The notes below the pieces were generated by a model, which worked only from the letters and a program-made list of their open reading frames with translations, searched no databases and was not told the origin of the DNA. From Malacoraja senta (taxonomy: Eukaryota), in the NCBI GenBank assembly GCA_038087875.1, contig CM076001.1:746001-810000 (forward strand): a stretch of 64,000 nt of DNA, given 5' to 3'. The position numbers and the translations under genes are program-made. Below are positions 11,576 through 23,927 of the stretch, piece by piece; position 1 is the first letter of the stretch; each line of letters begins with the position of its first letter.

Positions 11576-12367
11576 GGCCTAGGCCTGAAGACCTCCGCCC
11601 AGAGAATCTTCTTTTCAGGTAACCCGTGGTCCATAATCGGTTTCCCCGCGGCCCGTCCGGATTTTGCCCCATGTTTGAATATCCAGCAGGAAACTTTGTA
11701 AAAGCGATTACTGCAAGCAAAAAACACAACCTGAAAATAAGTTCAAAACTTACCTGCAGGGTTTGAAACTTACCGCTGGAGGAACGACGCGCCTGCCAGC
11801 CAGTCGTTGCGCAATGCGTTAGACGTAATTGACACGCATGCAGGCTGACGGGCTTCTTCACGAAGTCTTAACGTGACTCCGAAGTAAAATTGAGATGCTA
11901 ATCTTATTCTTTCTGAAATTGTTTAATGTCTCTGTTAAAATAACAGCATGATATATAAAGGTGATAACGTTGTTATCAATAATATCAAAATGGTATTTCT
12001 GGGTTCATATTCCAGACAATGGTGCAAGTTGTGATTGTCCCCAGAAGAGAGATGCAGAGGGCTGTGAAGATTTATTACTAATAGCAGCTCAGTGGTTATT
12101 TTGCATCAGCATAATGAACTTTTTTCTGAGGGATACTCTCACTAAATATCAGTCACTGGGATCAACGCTTTGATGAAACAATCTACTTTAAGATGGTTTC
12201 AACTGATTCCTTATTCATAACCATATCATATGCTTGATGAAAACTCAGATATTAATGCCTTCTGCCAGTGTAATTATTCCATCTCTACTATGCAGGCTTA
12301 TTGCAAGAAATGACACTGCCTTGAACACAGAGAGAATATACTTACTGGAGAAACAGGAATGTGCAGA

Positions 12368-12516
12368 GGTTAATACTTAGACAAATATCTGAAGAAGGGT
12401 CTCGACCCAAAACGTCACCTATCCATGTTTACCAGAGATGCCGTCTGGCTTGCTGAGTTACTCCAGGACTTTGTGTTCTTTTGTGTATTAACCAGCAGCT
12501 GCAGTTCCTTGTTTCT
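12368..12516 (+). mobile_element. Penelope-derived short element with degenerate hammerhead motif
   Basis: ctgaagaagggtctcgacccaaaacgtc at 12389-12416. TSD acaggaatgtgcaga (12353-12367) / acaggaatgagcaga (12517-12531). Confidence 0.7.
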
Positions 12517-12981
12517 ACAGGAATGAGCAGAACCCCATTATTGGCTGGTCATGGTTTTTTTCCATTTGAGGGTAGAACAATAAAGACACTCAAAAGTTCA
12601 AAGAACACCTGGATGTTTGCTGAACCATTTGTAAAGTCACTTTGAGAATACGCCAGAGGTCATACTCAATGTAGCGTTCAAGCATATACAAAATAAAATA
12701 ACATATTGTGCTCCTTTTCAGAATTTTAAAAATGACCACATTCTGTATTAATGCTGTTATTTTTGACCCAACGCCAAAATGATTGGGTGTATGTCCCCTG
12801 AGTCACGGAAGAAAGAGGGAGGGGTCAATTTTAGCTCTCTTGGCTTGGTGGAAATGGAATATTAGCAAAATTAGAAACAATACGGCGGTATTGGTGGACA
12901 TGAATTGAACTGCATAATTCAGAATCAGGCATGGTTAATCTGTGAGAATTTGGTGTCATGATGTATACAATGTGTTCTGTA

Positions 12982-13785
12982 CAGATGAGATGAGATGAGA
13001 TATGAGATACATGAGATGAGATACATTTATTTGTCACATGTGCCAGATGGCACAGTGAAATGTGTGGTCACCATACAGCCATACAATCAAAAATAAGAAC
13101 ACAACACATGATAGAGTTCAACATAAAACATCCCCACACAGCAGAATCAAATTTTCCCACTGTGAGGGAAGGCACCAAAGTCAGTCATCTTCCTCTACTG
13201 TTCCCCACTGTTCACCCGTGGTCGGGGCCTCCCCGAGCCCACCGCAGTCGCCGCTACGGGCGGTCCGATGTTCAGACCCGCTCGCCGGGGTGATGTAAGT
13301 CCGATGTCGGGGCTGGGGGACCTCCTCAGCGGCTTGGACATCAGAGTCAGCCCCCTCCTACTCTACTCTGGCGGCCCTCGGCAAAGGGCCCCAGGACTCC
13401 GTGATGTTGTTCAGCGCCAGCCGCGCTGGAAGCTCTCCCAAACCGCAGCTCCACGAGCTCCAAGCGGCGATCCAGGTCGGCATCGCCCGCTCCGCGGTGA
13501 ATTCAGCGCTGCGCCGCCGCTGTTGCAGCTCTGGTCCGGTTCCCGGTCCCCGGCAGGAAAGGCTGCTACAATCCAGGTGGTAGGCCGCGAGGAGGGGGGG
13601 AGGACGCGACTTGGAGAAATAGTCGCGGCCCCGCCAGGAAGCGACTGGGAAACAGTTTCCCCCTTACCCTGCCACCCTCCCCCACATTGAAAGTTAAAGT
13701 TTCCCCCTAAACAGACATTAAATTAACTAAAAATTTAAAAAAGATTGAAAAACGAACAGGCTGCAGGCAGAGGCTGCCGTCAGTG
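12982..13785 (-). mobile_element. Non-coding, GC-rich, LINE-tailed non-autonomous retroelement
   Basis: Minus-strand 3' end ..cactgt....tgtgacaaataaa plus (tctca)n tail and a CpG-rich body. Same architecture as 28985-29715 and 45721-46215. Confidence 0.6.
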
Positions 13786-13914
13786 ACCAGTAGAGTCTAC
13801 TTTTGAAATGCAATTGAAGTCTACTCACAAAATAACTTGGGCAATGTGTCCTTATTTTTTGCTGCTCTAACAAAACAATCCAGGCTCTTAGAAGAATTTT
13901 TTTTTAAGGGATTT

Positions 13915-14725
13915 CTTTTTATTTTATTTTTTTAATTATTAATCTTTTAATTTTATTAGAAGTACAATCGTGTGGCACCAAAGTGCCTAATATATATTTT
14001 CATAATACATTTTATGTACAGCTTCTTATTTTTGTATTATAATAAAGAAGAATAAAAAAAAAAATTAGATAATAAAGTATAGAAAAACGTGAGATATATA
14101 GTGTGTGAAGAAGTAGAAAAAAGAATGAAAGAAGAAAGTTAAAGAAAAGAAAATGGGGAAAAGAGAGTAAATTTTTTTTTAAAAGAAGTAAGGAGATCAT
14201 TATTTATACTCTTGACCATCCCTCGCCCAGTCCCGAGACAGTTAGCTTTTACAATTGTGTTGCACCATATGATTCAAAAAAGACGACAAATGGAGACCAA
14301 CTCGTTATAAATTGGTCTGATTTATCTATTAGGAGGAATCGCATTTCCTCAAGATGTGCGGTGTCCAACATGCTTGCAATCCACATTTTGAGCGTTGGTA
14401 TTGGTGTATTTTTCCAAAATGTAAGTATTAATTTTTTGCTATTATTAAACCATAATTTAAAAATAAATTTTGAGATGAATTCAATTTATTCCCATCTTCC
14501 ATTACTCCAAATATAATCAATTCAGTATTAGGTTCCATTCTTATCTTAAATAATTTTGTAAATATTTCAAAAATATCACTCCAAAATCTATAAAGTTTTA
14601 TGCAGGAAACAAAAGAGTGTGTTATAGTTGCGTTTTGGGATAAACACTTATCGCAAATGGGGGATATATTTGGATAGAATTTATTCAATCTTGTTTTTGA
14701 ATAATATAATCTATGTAAAAAAAAA
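13915..14725 (-). mobile_element. 5'-truncated L1 (host copy; its remainder lies at 20805-20835)
   Basis: ORF2 C-terminus with CDKC..H..VSC knuckle, 3' UTR and A-rich tail. Paralogous to 14730-15405. Confidence 0.9.
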
Positions 14726-15040
14726 AAATTTAATTTTTATTTTTATTTTTATTTTATTAGAAGTAAGTACAATTGTATACAATTATATTTTCATAATACC
14801 TTTTATGCACAGCTTCTTATTTAAATTTTTTTTTGAAATAAAGAAGAAAAAGAAAAAAGTTAGATAATGAAAAATAGAAAAATGTGAGATATATAGTGTG
14901 TGAAAAAGAAAAATAAAGAATGAAATAAGAAAGTTGAGACATAGAAAATAGAAGAGAGAGAATAAAAGAAAAGATGAGAAGAAAAGAAAATAGAAGGAGA
15001 TCATTTATAATCTTGACCATCCGCAGTCACGGATTAGCTT

Positions 15041-18000
15041 TTACACCTGTTTTGCACCATACGTTTCCAAAAAGACGACAAATGGAGACCAACTCGTTAT
15101 GAATTGGTCAAATTTATCTATTAGGAGGAATCGCATTTCCTCAAGATGTGCGGTATCCAACATACTTGCAATCCACATTTTGAGCGTTGGTATTGGTGTA
15201 TTTTTCCAAAATTTCAATATTAATTTTTTTGCTATTATTAAACCATAATTAAAAATTAACTTTTGAGATGAGCTCAATTTGTTCCCGTCTTCCATTACCC
15301 CAAATATAATCAATTCATTATTGGGTTAAATAAAATGTATTTAATCTTGTTTTTGAGTAATATAATCTATGTAAAATTTTTAATTGGATTAGATTATGTC
15401 TTGCGTTAATCGAACACTTGTGAATGTATGTCAAATACTTTTCCCATGTAGCCTTCGTAATTTTTTATCAATAATTCCCGTTCCCACTCTTCTCTAATTA
15501 CCTCGGTCACAGGTAAATCTATATTTAAGATACTATTATATAAATATGCTATTAATTTTTGTGTATCAGCTTTTATATTCATTACTTCTTCTAGTAAATC
15601 AGGAGTTATTTTTTGATATCCCTGTATGTATGTCTTCAAAAAATTACAAATCTGAAAATATTTAAAATAATGAGTGTTTTTCAGTTTAAATTTTAATTGT
15701 AATTGTTGAAATGAAAATAAATCTCCCATTTCATACATATCCCCGATCCTTTTAATTCCTAAACTTTCCCATTGATTATATTTTTTATCCATCATAGATG
15801 GTTTAAATAAAGGATTATTCGCTATCGGTGTTAACAATGATAGGTTTCTTAATTTTAAGGATAGTTTTATTTGTTTCCATATTCTTATTGTATCTTGTAT
15901 AATTGGGTTTTTCTTATATATTGTATTGTTCATTTTTTTCGGGGAGAAGAGGATTGTTCCTATATTACAAGGATAACAATCCTCTTTCTCCATTTTTATC
16001 CATTCTGTCTGTTGAGTTGAACTATCCAACCAGTAAATTATATTCTTAATATGTATTGCCCAATAGTAATACAAAAAATTAGGGAGTGAAAGTCCCCCGA
16101 CATCTTTTGGTTTACATAAGTGTTCTTTTTTAATTCTATGTGATTTGTAATCCCAAACAAAATTAGTAATATTAGCGTTCAGTTTAGAAAAAAAATATTT
16201 TGGTACATATACTGGTATAGATTGAAATAGGTATAATAACTGTGGTAAGAAGCTCATTTTAATAGCATTTATTCTGCCTATTAATGATAAAGGGAGTGTT
16301 TTCCAAAATTTTATCATTATATTAAGTTTATTTATTAAGGGTATAAAATTAGCATTGAATAAAGCTTTATGTTTTCTAGTAATCTGTATACCCAGATATT
16401 TGAATTTTTCTGTTGCTATTTTAAAGGGGAATTTCAATAAGTGTGTGGATTCTTGAGGTTTTAACGTCATAATTTCACTTTTGTTCCAGTTTATTCTATA
16501 TCCTGAAAAGGACCCAAATTCCTCTATTAAATTTAATAAATTTGGTATGCTCGTTTGTGAATTTGTTATATATAACAAAATATCGTCTGCATACAATGAA
16601 ATTTTATTATTTGAGTCCCTAGTATTATAACCCTGAATATTCGGATGGCTTCTTATCCTTTCAGCCAGAGGTTCTATCATAAGGGCAAATAGCAGGGGTG
16701 ATAAAGCACATCCCTGCCTATTACCCCTTGATAATTGAAATTTTTGAGATAACATGCTGTTAGTTAATACTCTTGCCATCGGTTTATCATATAATAATTT
16801 CACCCATGCAATAAAATTCTCTCCCATATTCAATTTTTGTAATACTATGTATAAATACTGCCATTCTACCTGATCAAATGCTTTCTCTGCGTCCAAAGAA
16901 ATAATTGCTAAGTCTTTTTCTTCCTTTTTATGTGAGTACATTATATTAAACAGGCGTCTCAAATTATTAAATGAATATCTTTTGGGTATAAACCCCATTT
17001 GATTAGGGTTTATCAATTTACTAATATATTTGCTTAGTCTTCTAGCTAAAGTCTTTGCTAGAATTTTCTGGTCGGTATTTAGAAGTGATATAGCTCTATA
17101 TGAGCCCGGTTCCTCTAGATCTTTATCTTTCTTTGGAATAAGCGCAATAGTTGATTCTGCTAATGTTTCAGGTAATTTATTTTCTTTAAAAACGTGAGTA
17201 TATAAATTAAATAGATAGGGGGTCGTTATCTCATGAAACTTTTTATAAAATTCATTACTAAAACCATCTGGTACCGGTGTCTTACCATTTTTCAGCAATT
17301 TTATTGTTTCACCTATTTCTTCGATTGTAATTTGCGCTCCTAATTCTTCTTGTTCCAAAAGGTCAAGTTTTGGTAGATTACATTTATCTAAAAAATTTGT
17401 AATTTTACTATCTTCTGTTTTGGTTTTTGATGTGTATAAATTCTGATAAAATTGAACAAATCTTTTATTGATATCTTTAGGTAGTGTTAGTAATTCACCA
17501 TTCTCGGATTTAATTTTATTAATGGTATTTTCCTTTTCCTGTTTTTTCAATTGACGCGCCAACAGCTTATGTGGTTTGTCACCAAACTCAAAATGTTCCT
17601 GTTTTGTAATTTGGAATAATCTTATTACTCTTGCCGAGAGAATTCGGTTAAGTTTAAATTTCAGTAGTATTATCTTATTATGTTTATCTATAGTGGAATC
17701 TTTAGCATTATCTAACTCTAACTGTCTTATTTCATGTTCTAACAGCATCTGTTCTGTTTTATTCTTCTTATTTTGAAAAATTTCATATGAAATTATAATT
17801 CCTCTAATAAATGCTTTAAAAGTTTCCCATATTAAAGAAGGTGAGGTACCTGTTGTTTCAAATATTGATAACCCTGTAAGTCATTTAATATATATGTGTT
17901 AAACCTCCCAAAAAAATTCTTTCCCGGCATTCCTTCAAATTTTACTAAAAAAGTCAATGGAGAGTGATCAGAAATACTACTAATATGGTAAGTTGGGTTA

Positions 18001-18679
18001 ATTATATATGGCATTAATTTCCTATCCACTAGAAAATAATCAATTCTTGAGTATGTTTTATGTACCGAAGAGTAAAACGAGTATTCCCTTCCTGCTGGGT
18101 TAGCAGATCTCCATACATCTGTTATGTTAGTATATTTATATATGTATTTAGAAATTCACTAGTCTTAGATTTTGTATTACTCCTTCTTTGTTTTGCTGAT
18201 TTGTCTAAGTAAGGATCTAAAACACAGTTGAAATCCCCTCCTATTACGACATTTTGATAATTAAACTCCAGTATTATATCTATAATGTTCTCAAAAAATT
18301 GAGGGTTATCAAAATTCGGAGCGTAAATATTTACCATAGTTATTGGGGTAGCATAAATTTCTCCCGAAACTATAATATACCTTCCCTCTTTATCTGATAT
18401 AGTATTCTTTAATTTGAACGGTATACCTTTTCGAATAAGAATAGCCATACCTCTAGATTTAGAAGTAAATGACGAATAATATGTTTGGCCTATCCACTTT
18501 GCCTTTAATCTCATTTGTGTTTCCTGTTTCATGTGAGTTTCTTGCAAGTAGATTATGTCGCTTTTCAAAGATTTTAGGTGAGCAAAAATTTTATCCCTCT
18601 TTATTGGTTCATTGGCACCCCTTATATTCCAACTACAGAATGTGATTCCTCCATTCTTTATTTGCCTATCGTCCTGCAT
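15041..18679 (-). pseudogene. L1 ORF2 (endonuclease/reverse transcriptase), frameshifted, zinc knuckle deleted
   Basis: SWNIRG, LQETH, NIYAPN, GGDFN, SDHSP (APE); DAEKAFD, RQGCALSPLLF, YADD (RT). A roughly 150-bp segment present at 14535-14685 is missing near 15325. Confidence 0.93.
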
Positions 18680-19629
18680 TGTATATCAAAGTGATGTTCT
18701 TGAAACATATGGTGCAAACAAATACCTCCGTGTTCTGGACGTTGGGTGGTCATTCCAAATTTTTAAGTTTACATTACATCTCCATCTCCAAAAGTGCCTT
18801 AGATAAAGCAAGAAAAGTTGTGATTTACAATTAATTAAGTGATTTTTAAAAAAAAGTGAAATTAAGGTATCTAAAAGCAGGTACCTTAAAGACAAATAGC
18901 CACCTAAGGTGGCGAAAGAATAATAGACTTCCTGAATGTTATTTTACAGTGAGCCCCAATCCCTTATTAACACCTTGTAAAAAAAAAAAAAAACTACAAA
19001 CCGTCTTGTTTATTCTTGTATAACTTTATCAAACTAGCGTTAGTAAAATGCCCCCCCAAAAAATAATTAAAAAAAAAATTAGTAATAATAATAATAATAA
19101 TAACAAAAATATGCAAAGATAAAATATTAAAGAGTTAAAAAAAAAAAAAAAAATTAATGTAATTAAACCCCAAATCCAAATATAAACCACAACCTATTCT
19201 CATTTCTATAAGTATTTGTACTGTACCAATTTATCTAGCCAGCTACCCTACAAGCAGGTACCGAGGGGTTAACCTCATTCCTGGATTTTTTCCAAGTTTA
19301 TGTTGCGTTCCCACTCAAAAAGAAAGAAAGAAAATGTTAGTAATGTTATAGACATTTTGGTTAATTACAATTTATAAGCAATGGTTTATTCATAATTATT
19401 CATATTTACTACACACACTCACATTAGTTTTGTTAAAGTTAGTTAGTTAATTGTAATTAGCATATAATAGTTAAATACTCATGTTATCTCGTTCTTTGTA
19501 CGAGAGCTTTTCATTCAAGGTTAAACAATATTGTCCAATACATTCCAGACAGATAAGCTCAGTAACTGTCTGAGAAATCCGCCAGTTCCAGCTCCATCTT
19601 AGAAATCAAAAAGTTCCATGTTCATTCCT

Positions 19630-20655
19630 TTAGTCGTCTTCTTCTGATGTTTCCGAGGCTTTCCTCATGATATCTTCTGCATATTTAAATGCTTTTTCTG
19701 GGTCCGTAAATGAGCGCTCAATTTCCTTATATGTAATTTTCATTTTTGCAGGAAAAACAATACCATATCTGACTTTAGAAATACCCCTCAATATGTTTCT
19801 TGTCGGGGTAAACAGGTTCATTCTCTGGACAATCTCTGGAGGATAATCACGGAAAAATCAGATTTTTTCCCCACGATATATCAAATTTTCACCATGAACA
19901 ATCTTCTTCAGTATAGTTTCCACTGGAGAAATATCAAGAAATTTCACAATTATCTGTCTTGGAGCAGCATTTATGCCTCTTGAGACACGTCCAACTCGTT
20001 GAACAGTATCTATTCTTAGTTCTCCCGGCAGTTTAAGAACCTCTTTGAGTAATTCAGTAACGAAAGTACGTGTTTGAGATACATGTTCTTCTCGTCCTTC
20101 TCTTACTCCAACGATTCTCAAATTCTGCCTTCTCGCTCTCGCTTCCAAGTCCAAACATTTGTCAGTCATTCTTGCCAGCTTTTCTGCTTCATCTTTCTTT
20201 GATTTTTTCAGACTGTTTATTTCCATGATCATCTCTTTCATATCACTTTCCATCTCTTCCATTCTCTCGTCAATGTTGTCCATCTTAGCATTTACACCAG
20301 AAAGCTTCTTATTATAATCCTTTTCGACTCTAACAATTTCTGAGTTAAGTTTTTTATCAAACTCATTATGTTGCTTCTTCAGCTCCTTTAACTCATCACA
20401 GGCACCATCAATTTTATGAGAAAATATTTCCATATTATTCTCCATACTCTTAATTGTAGTAGTAATTTCTACAAACATTTCCTTTACCTCCAGCTCTTTC
20501 TTTCCTCCTTTTGTAGCCATTTCCAGCACAACTCCTTGGCTATCGGGCTCCTCCTCAGAACCTTCTTCAGTTGTTTGCAGAGTATCCAACACACTTTTCA
20601 GCTGGAGGCTTATAGTGGGTTTTTTTGGTGCACGTGAACAAGTCCTCTTGCTCAT
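19630..20655 (-). pseudogene. L1 ORF1 (coiled coil-RRM-CTD), frameshifted near 19858
   Basis: Long coiled coil, then DLEARARRQNLRIVGVREG, PRQIIVKF and YGIVFPAKMKIT. Confidence 0.9.
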
Positions 20656-20842
20656 TTAAAAGTCCGTTATCTAATGATGTTTTCCTTATGCAAACCAAGC
20701 AGCTCCGTTGAGTTATTTTTAACTTTAAAACGGCTTTTTGATAATTTTTACGGGAGTAAAGCTCACTGCAGCGTCCTCAATGTTCCATGACGCTACCGGA
20801 AGTCAAATTTTAAATTGAATTAGATTATGTCTTGCAGGGAAT

Positions 20843-22195
20843 TTAAGTATAAGTATTCACTCTATTGTCATTTCACTGAGTACTTGCATACACAGAAGAA
20901 ACGAAAAATTGTTTCTCATCAGTTTTGTCATTAATGCAATTAAAATAAAAACAGAAATAAATACTTACAAGTTAAAAATTATCATCTCTAAAATAGAACT
21001 AAAATAAAACTAAAACAGACATTCAGACAGAACAATCGATCCCTAACATAGGAACAATTTAAAGTGCTGTTCAGTGGCTTCACCTTGACAGGTGACTAGC
21101 TGTCAAGGTGTTGGGGGGGGGGGGTTAGATGTGGGGGGGTGTGTGTATGGGGAGGGGACACAGTCCGTTAACCATTTTTATTGCTTGTTGGAAGAAGCTG
21201 TTTAGCATCCTGCTGGTTCTACAGCTGATACTCCTGTACCTCTTCCCAGATGACAGGAGGGAGAAGATGTAGTGGGCGGGGTGGTAAGGGTCCTTAATGG
21301 TGGAGATGGCTCTGCGGATGCAGCGCTTCTGGTAGATCTCCTACAGGAAAGGGAGGGGGGCACCAATGATCCTGCTGGCTGTCTTCACTATCCTGTTTAG
21401 CTGTCTTTGTTCGTAGGCCTTGCAGCTCCAAAACCAGGAAGTGATGCCGTAGGTCAGTATGCTTTCAGTGGTACCCCTGTAGAAGGTGGTAAGGTGAACA
21501 GTGGGGAGACCTGCTTTTCTGAGTCTCCGGAGGGGGTGGAGCCGCGGCTGTGCTCTTTTGATGACTGCTGTGGTGTTGGTCATTGTGGTCAGGTCGTCCG
21601 CTAGGTGAACTCCCAGGAGCTTCACGCTGCTGACCCTCTCCACAGCAGCACCATCAATATGCAGCGGTGTATGATGGTGTTTGCCAGACCTCCTGAAATC
21701 AATCACCATCTCCTTCGTCTTGTCCATTGAGGTTGTGAGATCTGCACCACTCTGTAAGCAGCTCCTCCTCCATCCTGTATGCCGACTCATTATTATCACT
21801 GATGAGACCCACCACTGTTGTGTTGTCAGCGAACTTGATGATGTAATTGTTGCTGAGTCTGGCAGTGCAGTCATGGGTAAGCAGACTGAACAGCAGGGGG
21901 CTCAGAACACAGCCTTGTGGTGAGCCCGTGCTCACTGCGATGGTTCTTGATATACGGCTGCCCACCCTGACTGTCTGCTGCGGCTGCGTCAAAAGTTAAG
22001 GACCCAATTGCAGATGCCAGTGTCCACCTTCAACAGCTTCAGCTTTTCCACCAGCTGCTGTGGAATGATTGTGTTAAAAGCTGAGCTGAAATCTATGAAG
22101 AGGATCCTGGCATAGGTGTTCTTCTGCTCTAGGTGTGACAGCACAAGGTGGAGTGTAGTGGAGACTGCGTCCTCTGTTGGTTCTGTAAGCGAACT
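20843..22195 (-). mobile_element. Rex1/Babar LINE, 5'-truncated, frameshifted
   Basis: LFIDFSSAFNTIIP, GSPQGCVLSPLLF, KFADNTTVVGLI, FYRGTTESILT; 3' UTR ending in a short (atactt)n tail. Confidence 0.9.
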
Positions 22196-23216
22196 AAGAT
22201 AAAGTAGTTGGGTAATCCGCCCCTCAAGCCTGCTCTGACTTCTCAAATGGTCCTGTACACTTTCCTACATGAACCTTGAATCCTCAAATTGCCTTACTAT
22301 TCAAAAATGCAAGTAATTCTACCAAGTGGGAGCACTAAAATTGCTCCATTTCCTTATTCAACATTTGTAACACAAACATGACAAACACATCAACTCACCT
22401 CTGAGGTAGAAAACTCCAAAGATTTACCGGCATTTATATAGAGAATTCTCTTTAGCTTGGTCCTACATTGCTGGCCTTTTATCCTGAGACTTGAGACAGT
22501 GCATCCACCTGGCAGCCACCCCAACCACTCCCCACTTGCCTATGCTTTCCACCTTGTTCTCTCAAGGTCTTGTGTGTCTCACTGAGATTACCTTTGATTC
22601 TCCTATCTAGATTGAGTGCAGGTTAAGTTTAATCTTCCTTCAGATTGACTCTGCCTTCCCATCCCAGATTTCAACTCAGTGAATCAATGTTGCACTCCAT
22701 CCTAGCCACCAATATCCTTCTTTAGATATAGAGACCAAAGATGTACACACTTTTCCAAAGGAGGTTACATTAATGTCAACAAGACTACCTTACATTTGTA
22801 CCACAGCAAAAATTCCTTACTGAGGATTGCACCAATATCATTAATCCTACCATTCCCAATTGTAGCCCCTACATTGCACCCATTCAGGTAGGTCGGTGTC
22901 TGAGAAGCTGATGGCTTCCTGTGTTCCCAGAATTGTTGATAGATAGCTGCAGCTCATTGAAAGAAAGATCTTGGTAATGGACTTGATACCAACTGCCTGC
23001 CTCTTGTTCACAAATAAACAATGAACATTAAGCTCAATATTGCAAAGTTTCTTGTACAGTAGGTTTGATAGTAGGTTTAAATAAATGGCCAGTAGTGAAT
23101 TTTCAAATTTGTGCAAACTTTTCTCAGTGGTTCAATATGATAGGGGGATCTTTTGTGAAATTGATAGACCTTTGCTGGGAGTATATTGAAGAATTAACCG
23201 ATTAGAGTTAGTAAAT

Positions 23217-23927
23217 TCTAGTTAATATCCTCCTGAGAGCAATGTTTTGAAAGTCTCAAAAGCAAAAAAAGACTCACTGGCAGAAAACAAAAGGAGACAT
23301 GAAATTCCTACCCAGCAGTTGCTGTGCAAGGTATGGGTGGTTTTAACATTATTATTTATCTGGGAGATGCTTGGCTGCTCCCTCATTTGGTGGAAAGATA
23401 GGGCAGGACCACCACCACACTATGGAAACAGGGCATGTCTAGCTATTTACAGGAGCTCATAGGGCTAACATGAATCAAGGGATATGGGGAAGAAGTAGGA
23501 ACAGGGTACTGATTTGGGATAATCAGCCATGATCATATTGAATGGCGGTTCTGGCTCAAAGGGCTGAATGGCCTACATCTGCACCTATCTTTTTCTATGT
23601 CGGAGACGGATCACTGGTACACATTGATATTCATAGCCCCAGAGTGGGTGGGGGTTTGGTGGGTCAGGACAGGAGGGATTACAACCCTGGCGAAGCAGAG
23701 GCTGGGATGGAGAAATGTTAATATTTTGAGCCACTTTTTCCGCTGTGGAGTAATAGGTTGCAGAAGTTGTAACATGCAGATGGCAATTCAAATACTTTTG
23801 GATTCCCATTGCACAGCAACTACTGGGTAGGAATTTCATGTCTCCTTTTGCTTTCTGCCAGTGAGTCTTTTTTTGTTGTTGCTTTTGAGACTTTCAAATC
23901 ATTGCTCTCAGGAGGATATTAACTAGA
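23217..23927. repeat. Inverted repeat with arms of about 113-119 bp and a 479-bp spacer
   Basis: 23217-23329 is the reverse complement of 23809-23927 apart from a few substitutions and a short indel. The spacer includes a CR1 3' tail (about 23455-23600). Confidence 0.9.

Larger units (their letters stand above)
8521..11890 (-). mobile_element. DIRS tyrosine-recombinase retrotransposon with both termini and most of gag deleted
   Basis: Short ITRs (8596-8629 vs 11829-11862), ICR at 8746-8857 matching both termini, RT (YLDD at about 11257-11268), RNase H (LQSDAS, IDNTTAVAYINHMGG), MT-like domain (DLFAS, DWPTQPWF) and YR (HSTRAA..AAGWS). Confidence 0.95.
14727..20804 (-). mobile_element. Full-length L1 retrotransposon (about 6.1 kb, decayed)
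   Basis: 5' end GACTTCCGGT, ORF1, about 950-bp inter-ORF spacer, ORF2 (APE endonuclease + RT), 3' UTR and A-rich tail. Inserted at a TT/AAAA site with short TSD aaattt. Confidence 0.95.

Noticed and set aside
13268..13690. GC-rich ORFs and an apparent CpG island (also at 29.0-29.7 kb and 45.7-46.3 kb)
   Set aside because: They lie within repeat elements. High GC suppresses stop codons, and there is no evidence of a host promoter.
21113..21157. G-run cluster able to form a G-quadruplex
   Set aside because: It is the complement of a C-rich tract in the Rex1 3' UTR and is not a locus-specific signal.
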